Source: Candidatus Methylomirabilis oxygeniifera
Lineage (GTDB): Bacteria; Methylomirabilota; Methylomirabilia; Methylomirabilales; Methylomirabilaceae
Assembly (NCBI GenBank): GCA_000091165.1
Contig: FP565575.1
Location: 780,001 to 812,000, forward strand
Direction of reading: 5' to 3'
Length of the DNA: 32,000 nt
A model generated the notes under the pieces. The model worked only from the letters and a program-made list of their open reading frames with translations, was not told the DNA's origin and searched no databases. Below are positions 27,352 to 32,000 of the stretch, piece after piece (within the stretch, counting starts at the first letter, position 1; the number at the start of each line of letters is the position of its first letter). A program made the position numbers and the translations under genes.

Positions 27352-27813
27352 ATGAAGGTGCGAGACGGTATGATGACCGATCTGGTAACGGCTTCACCAT
27401 GGGAGACCGCCGCCGAGGTCGCGCGTAAGATGCGTGACCAGAAGGTAGGGTGCGTGCTGATCGCCAACGAGGGTAAGCTGCTCGGCCTTATTACCGACCG
27501 GGAGCTCACTATCCAGTGTGTTGCCGAAGGGTGGAACCCGCAGACCACACGGATCGAGGAGATCATGATCCGGAATCCTTACACGATTGCTCCCGATTTC
27601 GAGATGGCTGAGGCCGCGCGGCTCTTTGGCCAGCGCAAGGTCAGGCGCTTCCCTGTTGTCGAGGACGGCCAGAAACTGCTTGGTATCCTGTCTGTTGCCG
27701 ATGTCGCGCCCGACTTTAAGGCGTACTTTGACGGGATCTTCCACGAGCTTGTCGAATGGCGTCATGAGGCGAAGGGCCAGCACAGCGGATGGGAGAGCAC
27801 CTGCGCGCATTAG
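27352..27813 (+). CDS. tandem CBS-domain protein
   Basis: 153 aa; two CBS repeats ('MKVRDGMMTDLVTASPWETAAEVARKMRDQKVGCVLI', 'RIEEIMIRNPYTIAPDFEMAEAARLF'); upstream aaggagg. Confidence 0.92.
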   Translation: MKVRDGMMTDLVTASPWETAAEVARKMRDQKVGCVLIANEGKLLGLITDRELTIQCVAEGWNPQTTRIEEIMIRNPYTIAPDFEMAEAARLFGQRKVRRFPVVEDGQKLLGILSVADVAPDFKAYFDGIFHELVEWRHEAKGQHSGWESTCAH

Positions 27814-27980
27814 GAGGTCTTCGGTGGGACAGAGGTCGGCCTCGATCGAGGAACCGTCACCGACCCTAATGGATTGGGGGGAAAGCAGCTATCGGCAATA
27901 GGCTGTCAGTTCAGCGTATTGCTGGTAGCTGTTTTTTTGGAGGGACACCCTATACGATACGGCCGCACCACGGTACACGA

Positions 27981-28071
27981 AAACCCCCTCAATCCCCCTT
28001 TACGAAAGGGGGAGGTGGGGAAACATAGAAGTCTCCCCCCTTTTTTTGAAAGGGGGTTAGGGGGGTTTGTC
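27981..28071. repeat. C-tract/G-tract nested inverted-repeat element (interspersed-repeat-like)
   Basis: aaaccccctcaatccccctttacgaaaggggg...cccccctttttttgaaagggggttaggggggttt; inner and outer arms are complementary. Confidence 0.6.
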
Positions 28072-28097
28072 TGAAGCTGACGGCTGAGTACTGATGG

Positions 28098-28649
28098 CTA
28101 TTTTTTGAGGAGCCCAAGGTTGCACTGGGCATCCCGCTCTAGGAGCCGCCGCATGGTGGCGAAATCCTCCTGGGGCAGCACGTCCGGCAAGTGGTGGAGG
28201 CAGAGAGGAGTTCGGTCGGCCACGATCTTCCCTTCAATGACGTCTGCCAGATAAAAGAGATGCGCCCCGGCATCGAGGACATCTCTGACTTCGCATTCCA
28301 GGTAGCCGACAGTCCCTGACAGGATGGGGCTGCCGGTCACCCCGCGCTCAAAGGGGAGGGTTGCAAATTTATCCACGTCCCGGCCTGACCGAAAGCCGAA
28401 GTGAGTGACCAACGGCCATTGATCTTTTCCGAGCAGGTTCAGCGCAAATCGTTGGCTTTTCTCAATTAGCTCGCGGGTAAAGGTCGTCCGACCGATCCCG
28501 ACCAGAAGGCGGGGAACCTGCGGGACGATCGTCGCCGGCACCACCCAGCACACAATCTGGCCACTACATCGGTCCTGATGGGCTGCCGTTAGAACGAAGA
28601 TCTCAAAATCCAGCTTCCCGAATACTGCCGCAACGCTGTTTGCGTCCAT
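28098..28649 (-). CDS. flavin reductase-like domain protein
   Basis: Internal ATG at 28649 (MDANSVAAVFGKLDFEIFVLTAAHQDRCSGQIVCWVVPATIVPQVPRLLVGIGRTTFTRELIEKSQRFALNLL) is the likeliest start; 183 aa. Confidence 0.75.
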   Translation of the reverse strand: MDANSVAAVFGKLDFEIFVLTAAHQDRCSGQIVCWVVPATIVPQVPRLLVGIGRTTFTRELIEKSQRFALNLLGKDQWPLVTHFGFRSGRDVDKFATLPFERGVTGSPILSGTVGYLECEVRDVLDAGAHLFYLADVIEGKIVADRTPLCLHHLPDVLPQEDFATMRRLLERDAQCNLGLLKK

Positions 28650-28707
28650 GGGGCCTTCTTCGATCTGAGTGAGGACGGACCATGAGAGATTGTCCTGTCG
28701 CAATCCC

Positions 28708-29424
28708 TTATGCATCTGCATCATGTACGTGTACGAATGTTGCAGCGCTTGTCATCACGCCCTTCGCAATGCCGACCGCCCTCTGCGCCTCTGCGATCGT
28801 TGGTTCACCGAGCGGCAAAAGTCCCGCCTCTGCGGGATATCTCCCCCTATAGATGCTGTCGATATACACGATATCGTCCTCAGTGACGTCAATTGTGATC
28901 CTGTATTCTTCTGCCAGTACAAGCAGCCGCTCAGCGCTATGTGTTTTTTCCAGCTCCCATCCTTTGCTGAGTAACAATGCTTTTAATGCCTTCTCTATCG
29001 CTTGCTGAGCATGAAGGCATGCACCTCGATAAAACCCTCCGCGAAGCAGGTAATCGGCCATCTTCAACTCGTCCTCCGACTGCCTGAACCACTCCTTTGC
29101 CGCGTCCTTCATATACAATAATCTCCCTTCTCGTAATATCAATCCCAGAAAAGGACTGCCTTTCAAATAGTGCTCTCGAAAAGCCGAAAGAGAAGTGACA
29201 AAGGGGTCAATGGCGAATCTCTTATAGAAATCCTTGAGTTGCCCATATAGTAATCGATCAATATTTTTATCAAGCGGCTTCACGCTATCATCAAGCACAA
29301 TGAGTAAATCGAGGTCGTTTCCTATGCCTTCCCGTGCCGTAGAACCGAAGACAGTGATACAAATAGGGGAGAAGCCCTTTCTGATTGCATCAGACACCTC
29401 TTTTGCTTCTCTTAAGGTAACCAC
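28708..29424 (-). CDS. single-chain nucleotidyltransferase (MNT-like) plus HEPN domain protein
   Basis: 238 aa; 'ITVFGSTAREGIGNDLDLLIVLDD' (GS-x-D-x-D) then 'RQSEDELKMADYLLRGGFYRGACLHAQQAIEKALKALLLSKG' (HEPN, RxxxxH). Confidence 0.85.
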   Translation of the reverse strand: MVTLREAKEVSDAIRKGFSPICITVFGSTAREGIGNDLDLLIVLDDSVKPLDKNIDRLLYGQLKDFYKRFAIDPFVTSLSAFREHYLKGSPFLGLILREGRLLYMKDAAKEWFRQSEDELKMADYLLRGGFYRGACLHAQQAIEKALKALLLSKGWELEKTHSAERLLVLAEEYRITIDVTEDDIVYIDSIYRGRYPAEAGLLPLGEPTIAEAQRAVGIAKGVMTSAATFVHVHDADA

Positions 29425-29650
29425 TTTTTCCAGTCAAGCTCAGCGCTGTCAGATTTGGCTCATCTCTGTCTTGGGCACGTGAATCAACTATCGGCAAATT
29501 ATACCATATCTCATTACCGGACGGCTGCAATAGGTACGGGGCGGTCGGAGCGGAAAGGCCGCCCCTTTCGGTTTATTCAGTAGTGGCAAGGAGGGACGAG
29601 ATACCGCCAAAAGGCGGAATATGGCCACGCTATCGCCGATGACACCAGTG

Positions 29651-29684
29651 ATCCGTCGGGTTACGCTGCACTAACCCGACCTAC
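29651..29684. repeat. REP-like palindrome
   Basis: gtcgggtta (29655-29663) / taacccgac (29672-29680) perfect 9-bp stem with loop cgctgcac, followed by ctac. Confidence 0.55.
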
Positions 29685-29697
29685 TCATTGGAAAAGA

Positions 29698-29728
29698 AAG
29701 CGGGAGGGGATTGCTCCTCCTCCCGCTT
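29698..29728 (-). terminator. intrinsic terminator downstream of the minus-strand secreted protein gene
   Basis: aagcgggagg (29698-29707) / cctcccgctt (29719-29728); on the minus strand followed by ctttcttttc. Confidence 0.65.
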
Positions 29729-29790
29729 CACCGTGATCGAGAGAACTCATCTCTCACGGAGGCTTCAGGACATACTGAAACTTACGTCCT

Positions 29791-30834
29791 TCAGTCGTCG
29801 TCGTGGTCGGCGGCGGCGAAGAGCGCTTGAAGCACTTCGCCGTCCACTTCGCCATACTCAGTGGGGTCGGTGGCGCTGGAGTTGAATCCTCCAAAGGAGT
29901 TTTGCCGGGCCAAGAGGAACCCGACGGCGGCCTTGATCGCCTTCTTAGTCGGTTTACTATCGCTGGTCTCGGCGAGACCCATGACTATGTAGGCTGTAAC
30001 CTGCGTATCGCCTCCCCAGGAGCCATCCGGCAATTGCGCGAGAAGGAGTTGGCCCTTCCAGACATTGCGGGCGTTTCGGACCGTCGGATCGCCCTGCAGC
30101 TCGTGGGTGGCCGCAAGGAAGAGACCTTTGGACAGGTTCTCGCAGCCTGAACAATCCGGATCGACAACATCCCAGTCGGTGGCACGCGCAATGACCTGGA
30201 GCGCTTCGGCCAATGCATAGTCGCGTTGATGCACATCCATCGCAGCGCGTATATCCAGTGATGCATCCCACGCGCCGAGGTTATTTAAACCCTGGGCAAT
30301 GCGGCCGTCGATGCGGTTGTCGGCACGTACGGCGCCGGTCGGGAAGTCAGCCATCACGCAAGCGAACCACGCCTTAGCGACCTTGCGATAGTTCTTTTTG
30401 CCTGCGGGGCCGACGATGCTCCCCACCTTTCCGAGATGGGAGATGTCCGTCAGGAACGACGTGTCCACCGTGTACGGCCGATCCGTGCCTGTCGCCGGGT
30501 TTGCGTCGCAAGCAGGTGCGGCCGCGTGCTTCGCGATGAGCGCGTCTGCTGCGCGCGCTGCCGCAGCCAGGTGATCGCCGTCGTGCGTGACACGGTAGGC
30601 ATCAACGAGACCGAGCGCGGTCACGCCGAAAAGGTTAGGGCAGGAGCCGCCGCAAAGGGAAAGGCCGACGACCCACTCCCATCCTCCGTCTGGATTTTGG
30701 ATATCGACGAGGCGGTCGGCGCCGGCGTCGATTGCGGCCCGGATCGGATGAGGCGGATCTGCCACGGCGGGCGTGACCGGCGCGGCGACGAATAGCGAGA
30801 CCACCAGCACATAAAGCAGTGTAGATTTCTTCAT
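29791..30834 (-). CDS. secreted alpha/alpha-toroid (prenyltransferase/squalene-cyclase repeat-like) protein
   Basis: Start ATG at 30834 with upstream GAGGAGG (the track start at 30849 is the RBS region). Signal peptide 'MKKSTLLYVLVVSLFVAAPVTPAVA'; repeats 'IQNPDGGWEW', 'LPDGSWGGDTQVTAYIVMGLAE', 'QNSFGGFNSS...GEVDGEVLQALFAA'. Confidence 0.75.
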   Translation of the reverse strand: MKKSTLLYVLVVSLFVAAPVTPAVADPPHPIRAAIDAGADRLVDIQNPDGGWEWVVGLSLCGGSCPNLFGVTALGLVDAYRVTHDGDHLAAAARAADALIAKHAAAPACDANPATGTDRPYTVDTSFLTDISHLGKVGSIVGPAGKKNYRKVAKAWFACVMADFPTGAVRADNRIDGRIAQGLNNLGAWDASLDIRAAMDVHQRDYALAEALQVIARATDWDVVDPDCSGCENLSKGLFLAATHELQGDPTVRNARNVWKGQLLLAQLPDGSWGGDTQVTAYIVMGLAETSDSKPTKKAIKAAVGFLLARQNSFGGFNSSATDPTEYGEVDGEVLQALFAAADHDDD

Positions 30835-31654
30835 AAGATTCCTCCTCAAACTCGTAAAAGGTGATAAGGACAGAAAGCTACTTCTTCCGAGCGGTAAGGG
30901 TTAAATCTTTTTTGACCCTCGACTTCGTTGTGTCATCTCATGGGCCATGATTTCCTTTCCGGCCGCGAAAGCGGGCCATCATTCGTTGAGAGTTGACGAA
31001 GCGGCTCCCGTGGGATGAAGGAGTTTTCGTAAAGAAATCCCCATAAGTGGCTCCAGTGCTCCATCATCGAGCCGAAAGTAGCGAATAATCGCGCTTTCGG
31101 CTCCGTATTATCGATATACGCCATTATGGCAACGGTCGCGGCAGTGTACAGTAGACTTATGCTTCGGTCAATACGCCAAATGGCGTATACATGAAGAAAT
31201 AAAAGCTACAATGCGATAAAACTAAGCCGGGCGTAATTATTCGATCATCTAAGGGTATATGGACAGCATATCGAACAACTATTTGTTCTTCTTGAACTTG
31301 CCGAAGGCGGATGCGCTCGCGGTTCGACGGGCTCATCATGAGCCGAATGGAGGCATCTACAGCCCGCATTAGCGATCAGTTATCAGAACCCAACCCCAGG
31401 TTGGGATGAAGTCAGTGCTTTACGGCCTACGGCACGAAGCCTTTGAGTGGGGGCAGAGCTGTCTCACGGAGGTGAACGCCCTTGTGATTACCGGGTTAGG
31501 TTGGCGAAAGGTCAATAAGAAGTCGTACCTGAACGTCTCATGCGACAGCAGGCGACCGGAGAGTACCTAGTAGCTTCATGGCAACACCTTATGCGCTGTC
31601 GGCGCACCCATGAGCATAATAAGTCTTTACGAGGCACTGCAACTCAGTGAGGCA

Positions 31655-31744
31655 TCATTGCAAGCGACCAACGGCAGCGCGGCAATCTCACCGTTGTTGT
31701 CCTGAACTACTGTGAAATTGCTTCGGCTTCGCCTCGCAATGACG
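31655..31744. repeat. degenerate interspersed repeat of the 'CATTGCGAGCGA...GCAATCTC / ...GAAATTGCTTCGGCTTCGCCTCGCAATGAC' type
   Basis: tcattgcaagcgaccaacggcagcgcggcaatctca and tgtgaaattgcttcggcttcgcctcgcaatgacg as imperfect inverted arms. Confidence 0.6.
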
Positions 31745-31908
31745 TGGACGGGGTTTTCCGGCAAAACATCGTCGATAGATATCATTGACAGCGAGGGAAT
31801 GCCATCATATCATTGCATTGTTAGCGTCAGTGAATATTCGTATAACTCTTGCTTTCGTTATTAGTAAGACTCAAGATCGCGAGAGAGAGGAAGGCCACCG
31901 TGAGGGCG

Positions 31909-32000
31909 ATGGACGATCAAAAGACCACTATTAAGATCGTTCTGATAGTATGTCTCGCTGTCGCCTTATGCCTGATGCCCTGCGGCGTAGCCGGACAACA
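31909..32000 (+). CDS. 5' end of a CDS truncated by the window edge; signal-peptide-like N-terminus
   Basis: MDDQKTTIKIVLIVCLAVALCLMPCGVAGQ... is open to the window end (alternative GTG at 31900). Confidence 0.45.
   Translation, partial: MDDQKTTIKIVLIVCLAVALCLMPCGVAGQ

Noticed and set aside
29583-29628. Considered whether this is a known riboswitch such as c-di-GMP-I
   Set aside because: Only generic nested stems are present; the conserved riboswitch core sequences could not be matched by eye. Kept as an unclassified structured stretch.
30835-30849. Extra N-terminal residues MRRNL for the secreted toroid protein
   Set aside because: These codons are the GAGGAGG ribosome-binding site; ATG at 30834 starts a proper signal peptide.
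30933-31124. 63-aa minus-strand ORF
   Set aside because: Short, no recognisable family, and overlaps the strong hairpin at 31069-31103; more likely non-coding or regulatory sequence.

Overview
The window is a dense, mostly plus-strand cell-surface or exopolysaccharide locus (about 1-23.1 kb), followed by a mixed accessory region (about 23.1-32 kb). Supported content of the locus: a 5'-truncated CDS tail; a GSCFA-family protein; a radical SAM/SPASM protein; several glycosyltransferases (GT2 and a DUF6492-like protein); APS kinase (cysC) immediately before a sulfotransferase-coiled-coil-GT2 fusion; a large polytopic membrane protein; a SAM methyltransferase; an epimerase, an SDR and a Gfo/Idh oxidoreductase in tandem; a tightly coupled GDP-heptose operon (hddA-hddC-gmhA-gmhB-transaldolase); and a gmd-like dehydratase. 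Two toxin-antitoxin pairs (HicBA and RelBE/ParE-like) lie inside the locus, and a single-chain nucleotidyltransferase-HEPN protein lies in the right flank. Decayed C-terminal tails of nucleotide-sugar enzymes (two fcl-like, one gmd-like with two in-frame stops) suggest repeated recombination. The most notable observations are: (1) a recurring 'G-x-Y-x-D-G-W' C-terminal module shared by unrelated enzyme scaffolds; (2) a sulfotransferase/GT2 fusion with an ABAB-type 84-bp repeat and adjacent PAPS-forming cysC; (3) an unannotated promoter-hairpin-hairpin-T-tract unit at about 27090-27280, a possible small RNA or regulatory leader; and (4) HicBA flanked by two relics of the same kind of epimerase/reductase tail. 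No CRISPR array, tRNA or rRNA was recognised. All family calls come from reading motifs, not from database searches.
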